Below, one piece after another: positions 21,001 through 33,559 of a DNA stretch of 64,000 nucleotides. Position 1 is the stretch's first letter. Each line of letters starts with the position of its first letter. The notes beneath the pieces are model-generated. The model saw only the letters and a program-made list of their open reading frames with translations. It ran no database searches and had not been told where the DNA came from. A program made the translations under genes and the position numbers. Location of the stretch: positions 224,001 through 288,000 of the forward strand of contig CAWIIV010000007.1 of assembly GCA_963836205.1 (NCBI GenBank), written 5' to 3'. This DNA is from an uncultured Acidimicrobiia bacterium. Its GTDB lineage: Bacteria; Actinomycetota; Acidimicrobiia; Acidimicrobiales; AC-14.

Positions 21001-24000
21001 TGGTGGACGTGGTGGTCGTCGGCGGGACGGTGGTCGAGATCGTCGAGGTGGTGGACGTGGTGGTCGTCGGCGGGACGGTCGTCGAGGTCGTCGAGGTGGT
21101 GGACGTGGTGGTCGTCGGCGGGACGGTGGTCAGATCTCAGGTGGTCGACGTGGTGGTCGTCGGCGGGACGGTCGTCGAGGTGGTACGTGGTGGTCGTCGG
21201 CGGGATGGGGGTGCTGGTGGTTGTCGAGGTGGTCGTCGTCGGCGGGACGGTGGTCGAGGTGGTCGACGTGGTCGTCGTCGGCGGGACGGTCGTCGAGGTC
21301 GTCGAGGTGGTGGACGTGGTCGTCGTCGGCGGGACGGTGGTGGAGGTGGTCGACGTGGTCGAGGTGGTCGTCGTCGGCGGGACGGTGGTCGAGGTGGTCG
21401 ACGTGGTCGTCGTCGGCGGGACGGTCGTCGAGGTGGTCGACGTGGTCGTCGTCGGGGGGACAGTGGTCGACGTGGTCGTCGTCGGCGGGACGGTGGTCGA
21501 GGTGGTGGACGTGGTGGACGTGGTGGACGTGGTGGTCGTCGGCGGGATGGTGGTGGTGGTCGGCGGGACGGTCGTCGAGGTGCTCGTCGGCGGGACGGTG
21601 GTCGAGGTGCTCGTCGGCGGGACGGTGGTCGAGGTGGTGGTCGGCGGGACGGTCGTCGAGGTGGTGGTCGTCGGCGGGACGGTCGTCGAGGTGGTGGTCG
21701 TCGGCGGGACGGTGGTCGAGGTGGTCGTCGTCGGCGGGACGGTGGTCGAGGTGGTCGAGGTGGTCGTCGTGGGCGGGACGGTGGTCGTGGTCGACGTGGT
21801 GGTCGTCGGCGGGACGGTGGTCGAGGTGGTGGACGTGGTCGTCGTCGGCGGGACGGTCGTCGAGGTCGTCGAGGTGGTGGACGTGGTCGTCGTCGGCGGG
21901 ACGGTGGTGGTCGTGGTCGAGGTGGTCGACGTGGTCGTCGTCGGCGGGACGGTCGTCGAGGTGGTCGACGTCGTCGTGAGTGGTCGTCGACGTGGTCGTG
22001 GTCGTGGGCGGGCTCCCGATCGGGATGGCCCAGAGCGAGGTATTCGACTCCACGGGACCACCAGGTACCCCGGCCGGCGGGATGCCGGTGGCGACGGCCG
22101 AGTTCATGATCGGAGTGCCGGCGGCGACGTCGGCCTCGGTCGCGACGTAGGAGGCGGTGCACGTCGTCGTGGCCGAGGGCGCGAGAGGGGTCGACGGGCA
22201 GGTCACCGGGCTCAACCCGGGCAGGGCGTCGATCACGGCCACCCCGCTCAGCTCGAAGTCGCCGACGTTGATGACGGTGAAGGAGTAGTCGATCTGCTCT
22301 CCCTCATCGGCACCACCGTCGGAGTCGGTGTCGGCCAGGGTGGCCGACTTGGCCAGGAACAGAGCCGGGGTCGGCCCGACCGGGGTGAAGGTCGAGTATG
22401 GCGTCGACTCGACGGGGGCGCTCAAGGGGGGAACGCCAGTGGCGGTGGCTGTGTTCAGGATGTAGCCGCCGGAGCTAACGCGCGCTCCCCGGCGGTCGGC
22501 CTCGGTCACCACGTACGACACGGGCCCACACGTGGTGGAGGCGCCGGGCCCCAGGGTGGTCGAGGGGCAGGTGACCGGGCCCAGCCCGGGCATGGCGTCC
22601 ACCACCGCCACCCCGCTCAGGGGGACGTTGCCGGTGTTGGTGACCGTAAACGAGTAGTCGATCACCTCACCGGCGTCGGCGGTCAGGTTGGCGTTGGTGT
22701 CGACCAGGACCGCCGATTTGGCCAGCGCCAACGCCGGGGCTGCGACTGCGGTCGTGGTGGACGACAGTGTGGAGTAGGCAGGGGGTTGACCGTCGGGGGG
22801 GTTGCCGGTGGCCATGGCCGAGTTCAAGATGGGCGCGCCCGTGTCGACATCGGCTTGGGTCACGACGTACGACGCCGTGCACGTCATCGAGCCCGCGAGA
22901 CCAAGCGTGGTCGCCGGACACGTGACCGGGCCCAGGCCGGGCAGGGGATCGCTGACGCCGACGTCGGTCAGAATGGCGTTGCCGGTGTTGGTGACGGCGA
23001 ACGAGTAGTCGATCTGTTCGCCCACGTCGGCCAGGCCGTCGGCGTTGGAGTCGGCCAGGATCGCCGACTTGGTCAGCGCCAGCGCCGGGGCTCCGACTGG
23101 AGTCGCGGTGGACGAACCCTCCGAAAAGACGGCGTGACGACCATCGGGCGGGGCTCCCACTGGCTACGGCATACTGGAAGATGGGCTGGCGGGCGTCGAC
23201 ATCGGCTTGGGTCACCACGTACGACGCCGTGCACATGGTCGAGGCCGATGGAACAAGCGTGGTCGCCGAACACGTGACCGGGAGCAACGGCGAGGTGAAG
23301 ATGTCAAGAGTCAGAATGGCGTCGCCGGTGTTGGTGGCGGCGAACGAGTAGTCGATCTGTTCGCCGACATCGGCCAGGCCGTCGGCGTTGGAGTCCGCCA
23401 GCATCGTCGACATGACCATGGTCAGCGCCGGGGTTGCGATTGGGGTCGTGGAGGACGACGGCAGGGACTGGCGGGGGATCCCTTGACCAACAAACAGGGT
23501 GAAGGCCGTCGCCGTTGCGGTATTCGGGATCGGCTGATCGGCGTCTACGTCGGTGAGGGTGACCAGGTACGGCGCAGTGCACGTAACCGACGCCCCCGGA
23601 CCGAATGTGGTCGGCGGACACGTCACGGCGCCCAGTTTGGGGTCGTCGATGGAGGTGGACGTCAGGCTGTAACCACCGGTGTTGGTGACCAGGAACGAGT
23701 AGTCGATCTGCTCGCCGACATCGGCCAGGCCGTCCGAGTTGGTGTCGGCCAGGGTCGCGGACTTGACCAGAGTCAGGGCGGGAGCCGGGCCCGAGGTCTG
23801 GAAGAAGTGGTATTCCGGCGCGGTCTGTACGGGAATGCTGCGGGGGGCAATGCCCTCGACCGTCGCCGTGTTCGTGACGATGCCGGCATCCACGTCGGCT
23901 TGGGTCACGACATAGGGCGCCGCCGTGCACGCCATCTGACCTTGGGGCGCGAGGGTCGTAGCGGCACAGGTGACCGGGCCCAAGAGGGGATCGACGAAGG

Positions 24001-24655
24001 CTATGTCGGCGATGGTGACGTTGCCCAGGTTGGTGACGTCGAATGAGAAGGTGACCTGCTCGCCGGCATTGGCAAAGTTGTCACCGTTCGTGTCCGCCAA
24101 TACCGCCAGGTCGGATATCGCCAGCGCGGCGAACCCGGCCACCACCGGGGTGGTGGTGGACGACGGCGGGGAATCGACGGGCGTCGGGCCGCCGGGATCG
24201 ACGCCCGTGGCCGTGGCTGTGTTCACGATCGGACCGCCGTTGTCCACGTCCGCCTGGCTCACCACGTAGGCCGACGACGGGGTGCAGGTGGTGGAGGCGC
24301 CGGGCGCCAGCACCGTCGACGGGCACGTCACCGGACCCAGCCCGGGAAGGGAATCGACGACGGCCACGCTGGTCAGGACGGCGTCGCCGCTGTTGGTCAC
24401 GAGGAACGAGTAGTCGATCTGGTCGCCCGCGTCCGCCTCGTTGGGATCGAAGTGGACTGGCCCGGTGAGGTCGATCAACGTCGCCGTCTTGGCCACGGTC
24501 AGGCTGGCCGACGCCGCTGCCGGTGCGGGCGCCACTGTCCCGCTGGCGACCGCGGTGAACAGGACCCCAGCGGCCGCCAGCCCCCTGCGGCGCGCGTGGA
24601 CCCGCCTCCGCCGCTGCGCCAGGGTGAGTTCCGACGAGGAGCCCGACCGGGTCAA
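15086..24655 (-). CDS. Giant surface protein (frameshifted in assembly): 7 DUF11-like repeats, Thr-rich stalk, TM, Gly-rich repeat, polytopic membrane domain
   Basis: Joined from ORFs 22667-24655, 21130-23160, 17316-22061 and 15086-17749. Repeats read GEQIDYSFxVTNxG...VTCP...C...YVVTQADVD...NTATATG. Start uncertain. Confidence 0.75.
16531..16860. repeat. 15-bp tandem repeat CGCCACCACCAGGCC x22 (20 perfect, 2 with one substitution), encoding (GPGGG)n on the minus strand
   Basis: Counted directly from the sequence. Confidence 0.95.
17700..22010. repeat. Degenerate tandem repeat (core GTCGGCGGGACGGTCGTCGAGGTGGTG) encoding TTVPPTTTTST units on the minus strand
   Basis: About 4.3 kb of variable-length units with no unique spacers. 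Confidence 0.92.
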
Positions 24656-25244
24656 GGCGCGCTACGCCTCGCCCGGCGACGATCAGGCACGGGACGCTCT
24701 TGACCTTTTTTTCGACGTCGAAGGCGCCTGGTGGAACAAACCATCCCGGCCGAATCCCAGGATCGCCGCTGTGACGTGAGGCCGATCTCCGCGCGAATGA
24801 TCATCGTGGCCATGCCCCCAGCAAAGCGAAATGCCTTCTCAAGCTACAACCGCCAGGTCCGCCCGGGAAACCCCGCCGGTCGAAGAAGTATCGGGCGGGT
24901 CGAACGACGTGCGACTCGGAGATCTCGGGGCGAGCGGAACGACAGGCATCGACAGCGGCCGTCGGCGGAAGTTGCCCACATGCGCGTGCTGCAACTCGAC
25001 GGGCCGACCGGTGTCCCGAAGAGCATGTCCTTCGACATGGTGATCGGAACCGAGTGGCGGATGGCGGTGGTCATCTCGGCCAGGTACAGCCGAACCCGCC
25101 GTCGCCGCTCACCGACACCAACTTGCAGCTAGTCATGCGGGTCCTGCCTGGCCCGGCCATCGCTCGCCCTGTGGCGGGGTCGGCTGCCGTCGCCCAGAGT
25201 GACACACCCCCGGGCGCAGAAGAGGGGGGCCGGGCACTACTTTT

Positions 25245-25275
25245 CAACAACAGTTGCCGGCTCAGGCCGACAGCG
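25245..25275 (-). terminator. Possible intrinsic terminator after hppA
   Basis: Minus strand GCTGTCGGC-CTGA-GCCGGCAAC imperfect hairpin followed by TGTTGTT, just past the stop. Confidence 0.35.
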
Positions 25276-25276
25276 G

Positions 25277-27567
<2,291 letters not shown>

Positions 27568-27571
<4 letters not shown>

Positions 27572-28236
27572 GCCGACAGCTCCTTCCTGACAAAGATCTG
27601 GTGGGCGACCTTCTCGCCCAGGAGTCGGTCCTTCCCGTCGACCCGGACCACGATGGGGCCGTCGAAGGGATGGCGTTCACGCACTTCGAGACGCACGCCG
27701 GGCCGCAGCCCGAGGGTCTCCAGGAACTCGATGACGTCCGGGTCGGTGGAGCCGGGGACGGCCATCACCGCGAATTCGCCGGGCTCGAGGTCGTACAACG
27801 GGGGCAGCGAGGGGATGTCGGCGGTCTCCGGCTCCGGGATCGGAAAGCCGTGGGGACACGACGACGGGCGGTCGAGGGCCACGAACAGCCGGTCCTCCAC
27901 CTCTTGGGGCAGGTCGTGCTCGAACGAGGTGGCGAGGCGGTCGGCCTCGTTCCAGGCGTAGCCGAGCATGTCGGACAGGAAGCGCTCGACGATGCGGTGG
28001 CGGCGGATGGCCGCGACCGCCGCCGAGCGGCCGAGGGGGGTGAGCTCGACACCCTTGTAGAGCTTGTGGACGAGGAGTCCCCGCTCGGCCAGCCGCTTGA
28101 CGGTGGCGGTGGCGGTGCCGGGGGCCACGCCCAGGGCCTCGGCCAAGGCGCCGGTGGACGCGTCGTGGCCTTCGTTCGACATCCGGTAGAGCGCTTTGAG
28201 CGCCTCGCGGTCGGGTTTCGAGTGGACGGGATCCAT
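27568..28236 (-). CDS. DtxR/MntR-family metal-dependent regulator with FeoA/SH3 domain
   Basis: HTH, RRHRIVERFL, FEH, CPHGFPIP, C-terminal LGLRPG FeoA-like domain; ATGA overlap with hppA. Confidence 0.88.
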
Positions 28237-28276
28237 GTTTCGGCGTGCGAAAACTAGGACGCGACCTACCCAAACG

Positions 28277-28671
28277 TCAAACTTCGCCTGGGTGCCAACC
28301 TTCGGGGGCGAGTTCGAACCCTTCGAACCGGAAGGCGGGGGAGACGGTGCACCCCACCAGGCTCCACCGACCGAGGGAGACCGCCGCCTGCCACTCTCCG
28401 GCGGCGACGACGTGCTGGGGATGGTCGGGTCGGAGGACGTGTCTGGTGGGGGGGTGAGGCCGTCGGCGGGGGCGGTGGAGAGCTCGAGCGGGTCGCCGTC
28501 GTAGAAGTGCCAGATCTCGGTGGCATCGACCCGGTGCCAATGCGACCGCTCGCCCGCCTGGAGGAGGTAGTAGATGGCGGTGACCGCCGCCTCCCGCCAC
28601 GTCTCCCGGTACCACCCTCCCTCGGGATGGGGAGCGAGGTCGAGTGCCCGGATGACGTCGTCGGCGTCCAA
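28277..28671 (-). CDS. Cupin DUF985 (cupin_5) protein; frameshift in a homopolymer near 28450
   Basis: LDLAPHPEGGWYRET, TAIYYLL, SHWHRVDATEIWHFY in one frame; WQAA and LVGCTVSPAFRFEGFELA in the next. Confidence 0.85.
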
Positions 28672-28679
28672 CCGATCGG

Positions 28680-29180
28680 TCAGGCCGGGTCTTGGTAGGG
28701 GATCTGGTCGCCGAAAACGAGGTCGATCCGCCGCCGCTTGAGCGCCTGCTCGTCGTGGCACAGGGCCTCGATGGCGGCGACGGTCTCCTCGCTCACTCCG
28801 AGTCGCTCGGTGACCCGCCGCACCTGGGCCCGTTCGTCGTCGTTGTAGGCCCCGTCGGCGCCCGAGGCCCGGACGGCATCGAACACGGCCACCCGGCCCC
28901 ACGTCTCCGCTACCGGCATGTTGCGCTCGATGATGTCCATCACGTCCTCGTCGGCCGCGTAGGCCTCCAGGGCGTCGACGGTGGACTGGTGGGCGCCGCA
29001 TGCGGCCCCGTAGCCGATCACCCAGTCCTCCTCCGCCTGGGTCAGCTCGCCGTCACCGCCGCCCCGGGCGCAGACCATGATCATCTTCAGGTAGTCGAGG
29101 CGCTCGTCCTCGGGCACGCCGCTCGGGAAGTCCCACATCTCCCGCAGCAGCCAGAGCCCACCCGTCTCGTGCGTGTCCAT
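28680..29180 (-). CDS. TerB-like helical protein
   Basis: Two DG-x4-E type repeats (GDGELTQAEE; ADGAYNDDER); RBS GGAGG. Confidence 0.6.
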   Translation of the reverse strand: MDTHETGGLWLLREMWDFPSGVPEDERLDYLKMIMVCARGGGDGELTQAEEDWVIGYGAACGAHQSTVDALEAYAADEDVMDIIERNMPVAETWGRVAVFDAVRASGADGAYNDDERAQVRRVTERLGVSEETVAAIEALCHDEQALKRRRIDLVFGDQIPYQDPA

Positions 29181-29214
29181 GTGCCGCCTCCGTTCGCCCG
29201 GATGACGGGGAATC

Positions 29215-29478
29215 CTAGGCGGGCAGGATCTCGTAGAGCGGGTTGAGGATGGCCAGGCGGTCGTGGTAGCTGCCGGCCATGCCCTCCACCGCCAGCAGGG
29301 TGCCGGGGTGGATGCCGGCCACCTTGCGCCGGCCGAGGAAGACCACCCCGATGCCGCCGGTGGCGTCGACCAGGGTGCACTCGAGCGTGGGGACGCCGGC
29401 CCGGGGCTGCACCCGCACCGATCGCACCCGACCCGCGACCCGCACCCGGGTCCGCCATTGCACGTCCCCGATCGTCAT
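29215..29478 (-). CDS. Small OB-fold protein
   Basis: MTIGDVQWRTRVRVAGRVRSVRVQP...DATGGIGVVFLGRRKVAGIHPG...ILNPLYEI; ATGA overlap with the upstream permease. Confidence 0.85.
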   Translation of the reverse strand: MTIGDVQWRTRVRVAGRVRSVRVQPRAGVPTLECTLVDATGGIGVVFLGRRKVAGIHPGTLLAVEGMAGSYHDRLAILNPLYEILPA

Positions 29479-31424
29479 TGGCCCAGGTGGTAGGGGACGA
29501 AGGTCACGTTGGCGTGGGGCAGCCCGGCCAGGGCGCGGGCCAGTCGGTCGGCCGTGCGATCGTGCAACAGGCGGTGCCACAGCCGGCGGTAGCAGCGGCG
29601 GGGCAGCAACACGCTGACCTCGGTGTCGCCGCCGGCCAGGAGCTCGCTCACCACCTCCACCAGCGCCTGCGTCAATCGCCGGTCGGGGCAGTCGACCAAC
29701 TCCAGGGTGAGCCGGGACAGTCCGAGCCGGGCCCACTCGTCGGCCAAGCCCTCGGCCACCACCAGGTCGGAGGCGAGGTGGACCGCCCGCAGCTCGTCCG
29801 GAGCCAGGGTGCGGGCGTACTGGATGGCCCGGGCCGTGCTCCGGTCGAGGCGCTCGACGAGGACGAGGACCACGTGGCGGCGCAGGATCGGCGCGGTGGC
29901 GGCGAGCCGGGCGTCGTGCTCCAGCTCGGTGGCCTCCAGCTCGTACTGGCGGTGGAGGCGCATGACCAGCAGGACGCTCACCGGCACCAGGACCACGATC
30001 AACCAGGCCCCGTGGGTGAACTTGGTGATCGTGATGACCAGCAGGACCACGGCCGACAGGAGCGCGCCGATGCCGTTGATGGCCAGCCCGGCGCGCCAAC
30101 CATCCTCCCGGAGGCGCAGGTGGTGCCGCGTCATTCCCGCCTGCGACAGGGTGAACGAGGTGAACACGCCCACCGCGTACAGGGGGATGAGGTGGTCGAC
30201 CTTGGCCCCGGTGACCACGACCAGGGCGATCGACGCCGCCGTCAGCCACAGGATGCCGGTGGAGAACACCAGCCGGTGGCCCCGGTGGACCAGCCGCCGG
30301 GGAAGGAAGCCGTCCTCCGCCTGGAACGAGGCCAGCCGGGGAAAGTCGGCGAAGGAGGTGTTGGCGGCCAGGACGAGGATGAGCAACGTCCCCGCCTGGA
30401 GGGTGAAGAAGAGCACGTGGCCGGTGGCGCCGCCGCCGTAGACGAGCTTGCCCACCTGCGAGATCACCGTCGGCGATCCCTCCGCGAAGGGGACCACGTG
30501 CATCTTCGCGGCCAGCACCGACAGGCCGAGGAACATCACCCCGAGGGCGGCCCCCATCACCACCAGGGTGGAGCGGGCGTTCTTCCACTCCGGCGCCCGG
30601 AAGGCGGGCACCCCGTTGGAGATGGCCTCCACCCCGGTGACCGCGGCCCCGCCCGAGGCAAAGGCGTGGAGGAGCACGAACAGACCCGCCCCCAGGAACA
30701 GGGTGGGGTCGTTGGTCCCCAGCTGCACCAGCCCCTCGTGGTCGAGCGCCGCCGTGGGCAGCCCGCCGACCACCATCCGCACCAGCCCCACGCCGAGCAG
30801 CAGGAGCATGTTGACGATGAAGAAGTAGGTGGGAAGGGCGAAGAGCTTCCCCGACTCCCGAACGCCCCGCAGGTTGCCGTAGGCCACGATCAGGATGAAG
30901 CCGATCGAGATCGGGACCGCCGCCGGGACCAGGGCGGGCACCGCAGACGTGAGCGCGGCCGTCCCTGCGGACACCGACACCGCCACCGTGAGCACGTAGT
31001 CGGCCATCAGGGACACGCCGGCGACCTGGGCGGGGACGATCCCGAAGTTGTCGCGGGTGACCACGTAGGCGCCGCCCGCCGTCGGGTAGGCCTTGATCGT
31101 CTGCCGGTAGGACAGGATCAGGAAGGCGAGCACCACCAGCATGGCCACGGTGAGGGGCACGACGAGGGCGAAGGCGGCCAGGCCCACCGCCGGCACCAGG
31201 ACCCGCAGGATCTCCTCGGTGGCGTAGGCCGACGACGACAGGTTGTCGGACGCGAACACGGCCAGGGCGGTGGGCCGGCCCAGGCGCTCGTGGACCAGTT
31301 GCTCGTTGCTGAGGGGCGGGCCGAGGAAGCGGTCCTTGGCCCGCTCGACCATCCCCCCCGGCGGGGGCGGCGGGGCCGGGGGGAGGGGCCGGGGGGTGGC
31401 GGTGAGCGTCATCGGGCTCATCAT
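29475..31424 (-). CDS. APC-family permease, KimA/YdaO-like K+/H+ symporter (copy 1)
   Basis: [61 protein letters not shown] and a cytoplasmic C-terminal domain. Start among several ATGs. Confidence 0.88.
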   Translation of the reverse strand: MMSPMTLTATPRPLPPAPPPPPGGMVERAKDRFLGPPLSNEQLVHERLGRPTALAVFASDNLSSSAYATEEILRVLVPAVGLAAFALVVPLTVAMLVVLAFLILSYRQTIKAYPTAGGAYVVTRDNFGIVPAQVAGVSLMADYVLTVAVSVSAGTAALTSAVPALVPAAVPISIGFILIVAYGNLRGVRESGKLFALPTYFFIVNMLLLLGVGLVRMVVGGLPTAALDHEGLVQLGTNDPTLFLGAGLFVLLHAFASGGAAVTGVEAISNGVPAFRAPEWKNARSTLVVMGAALGVMFLGLSVLAAKMHVVPFAEGSPTVISQVGKLVYGGGATGHVLFFTLQAGTLLILVLAANTSFADFPRLASFQAEDGFLPRRLVHRGHRLVFSTGILWLTAASIALVVVTGAKVDHLIPLYAVGVFTSFTLSQAGMTRHHLRLREDGWRAGLAINGIGALLSAVVLLVITITKFTHGAWLIVVLVPVSVLLVMRLHRQYELEATELEHDARLAATAPILRRHVVLVLVERLDRSTARAIQYARTLAPDELRAVHLASDLVVAEGLADEWARLGLSRLTLELVDCPDRRLTQALVEVVSELLAGGDTEVSVLLPRRCYRRLWHRLLHDRTADRLARALAGLPHANVTFVPYHLGQ

Positions 31425-31436
31425 CGGCCCCGAGCC

Positions 31437-31486
31437 GTCAAGGACTCCTCAAGGCGGCCGGTCGAGTCGTCAAGAACGCGCAAAGA
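31437..31486. promoter_or_regulatory. Putative response-regulator (KdpE-type) direct-repeat boxes
   Basis: GTCAAGG-N4-CTCAAGG and GTCAAGA-N4-GCAAAGA, each pair with 11-bp periodicity, in the divergent intergenic region. Confidence 0.5.
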
Positions 31487-31496
31487 TCGTCCCCCG

Positions 31497-32654
31497 ATGA
31501 CCCGCTTCCGCCTGCCCCGGCACGCCCCCGGGTTGGGGGCCGCTGTCGGCGTCGGTGGGGCGGTGGCGGTGCTCACCGTGCTGGTGCCGTTCCGATCACG
31601 GATCAGCGCCACGTCACCCGCCCTCCTCCTCGTCCTGGCGGTGGTGGCGGCGGGCGTGGTGGGCGGGGCCCGGGCCGCCGCCGGCACCGCGGTGGTGGCC
31701 GCCGCCGGCTTCAACCTCACGTTCATCCGCCCCTACGGCAAGCTCAAGGTCGACGCCTGGGAGGACTGGGTGGTGCTGGGGGTCTTCCTGGCGGTGGCCC
31801 TGGTGGTGGGGGTGCTGGTGGCGGCCGAGGCCGACCGCCGGCGGGCGGCCGAGACCCGGGAGGGCGAGCTGCGGGTCCTGTATGAGCGGCTCCAGGCGGC
31901 CGACGAGGAGCGGGCCCGGCTGAGCGACGAGGTGGCCCGCATGGAGGTGCTCAAGCGGGTGGACGAGCAGCGCTCCGCCCTCCTGCGTTCGGTGTCCCAC
32001 GACCTGCGCAGCCCCTTGGCCACCATCCGGGCGGTGGCCACCGACCTGCGGGACGGGGTGGTCTACGAGGAGCCGACCCGGACCGAGCTGCTGGCGACGG
32101 TGTGCGACGAGTCCGAGCGCCTCGACCGCATCGTCTCCAACCTGTTGTCGTTGAGCCGGATCGAGGCCGGCGCGTTCGCACCCGACCGCCAGGCCGTCCC
32201 CATCGACGAGCTCGTCGCCGACCGGGTCCGCCGCCTGAGCGGGCTGTTCCGCCAGGTGCGGGTGCAGGTCGAGCTGCCGGCCGACCTTCCACTGGTCGAC
32301 GGCGACTACACCCAGCTGGAGCTGGTGGTCACCAACCTGCTGGAGAACGCCGGCCGCCACGCCCCGTCCGGCTCCATCGTCCGCATCGGCGGACGCCGGC
32401 TCCCGGCGACCGACCAGGTCGAGGTCTGGGTGGCCGACGAGGGCATCGGCGTCGCCGACTGGGAGCGGCAGCGGGTGTTCGAGCCCTTCCGGCGGGGCGA
32501 GGGCAGCCGGTCGAGCGGTGTCGGGCTGGCCATCTGCAAGGCGGTGGTCGAGGCCCACGGCGGCACCATCCGGGTCGAGCGCACCCCGGGCGGCGGGGCC
32601 ACCTTCGCCTTCACCGTCGGCGTCCGACCGGAGGGCTCGCGGGCGAGGCCATGA
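31497..32654 (+). CDS. Short KdpD-like sensor histidine kinase (DUF4118 TM + HisKA + HATPase)
   Basis: Four TM helices with [10 protein letters not shown]-box [29 protein letters not shown]; lacks the N-terminal KdpD/Usp and GAF domains. Confidence 0.88.
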   Translation: MTRFRLPRHAPGLGAAVGVGGAVAVLTVLVPFRSRISATSPALLLVLAVVAAGVVGGARAAAGTAVVAAAGFNLTFIRPYGKLKVDAWEDWVVLGVFLAVALVVGVLVAAEADRRRAAETREGELRVLYERLQAADEERARLSDEVARMEVLKRVDEQRSALLRSVSHDLRSPLATIRAVATDLRDGVVYEEPTRTELLATVCDESERLDRIVSNLLSLSRIEAGAFAPDRQAVPIDELVADRVRRLSGLFRQVRVQVELPADLPLVDGDYTQLELVVTNLLENAGRHAPSGSIVRIGGRRLPATDQVEVWVADEGIGVADWERQRVFEPFRRGEGSRSSGVGLAICKAVVEAHGGTIRVERTPGGGATFAFTVGVRPEGSRARP

Positions 32655-33559
32655 ACCCCTCCGATCCACCGGCGATCCTGGTCGTCGACGACGAGCCGGC
32701 GATGTTGCGGGCGTTGCGGGCGGGGCTGGGGGCGAGGGGGTACCGGGTGCTGGCCGCGATCACCGGGCAGCAGGCCATCGACGTGGTGGCGGTGGATCGG
32801 CCCGCCCTGGTGGTCCTCGACCTCAACCTGCCCGACATCGACGGCGTCGAGGTGTGCCGCCGCATCCGGGGGTGGACCGACGTCCCGATCGTGGTGCTGT
32901 CGGCCGAGGGGTCCGAGTCCCGCAAGGTGCTGGCCCTCGACGAGGGGGCCGACGACTACGTCACCAAGCCCTTCTCCATGCCCGAGCTCCTGGCCCGGAT
33001 CCGAGTCGCCCTCCGCCACCGCCCGTCCCACGCGGCCGGGGCCGGCCCCGACCAGGCGGTGCTGGAGGTGGGCGACGTGCGGGTCGACCTGGCCCGCCAC
33101 CGGGTGGCAGTGGGGGGCCGTCCGGTGGAGCTGACCCCCAAGGAGTTCGGGTTCCTGGCCCTGCTGGCCCGATGGCCGGGACGGGTGCTCACCCACCGGG
33201 CCATCCTGCGGGAGGTGTGGGGCCCCGACTACGGCACCGAGACCCAGTACCTGCGGGTCTACGCCAGCCAGCTGCGCAAGAAGCTCGACGACGACCCCGA
33301 GCGTCCCCGCCTGATCACGGAGCCGGGGGTGGGGTATCGCCTGGTGGCCCCGACGGGGGCCCCGGATCCGACGGGGGAGCCGGATCCGACGGGGTCGACG
33401 GATCGCGCGGGGTCGACGAATCCGACGGGGTCGCCGAATCCGACGGGGGAGCCGGATCCGACGGGGTCGCCGGGTCCGACGGGGTCGCCGGGTCCGACGG
33501 GGTCGACGGGGGCGACGAGTCCGACGGGGTCGACGGATCGGGCGGGGTCGACCGGGTAG
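32651..33559 (+). CDS. kdpE: KdpE-like OmpR-family response regulator with repetitive C-terminal extension
   Basis: [50 protein letters not shown]. Confidence 0.85.
   Translation: MNPSDPPAILVVDDEPAMLRALRAGLGARGYRVLAAITGQQAIDVVAVDRPALVVLDLNLPDIDGVEVCRRIRGWTDVPIVVLSAEGSESRKVLALDEGADDYVTKPFSMPELLARIRVALRHRPSHAAGAGPDQAVLEVGDVRVDLARHRVAVGGRPVELTPKEFGFLALLARWPGRVLTHRAILREVWGPDYGTETQYLRVYASQLRKKLDDDPERPRLITEPGVGYRLVAPTGAPDPTGEPDPTGSTDRAGSTNPTGSPNPTGEPDPTGSPGPTGSPGPTGSTGATSPTGSTDRAGSTG

Noticed and set aside
17700-22010. Possible CRISPR array
   Set aside because: No unique spacers, variable unit length, no cas genes; the repeat encodes Thr/Pro units.
17487-23277. Long Val-rich, Arg-rich and His/Asp-rich ORFs over the repeat
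   Set aside because: Antisense or off-frame shadows of the Thr-rich coding repeat; the His-rich 'metal-binding' reading arises from frameshifts.
24656-25244. Short ORFs or an ncRNA between the giant gene and hppA
   Set aside because: No recognisable motifs, codon bias or known RNA structure; treated as intergenic, though the giant gene's true start may lie here.
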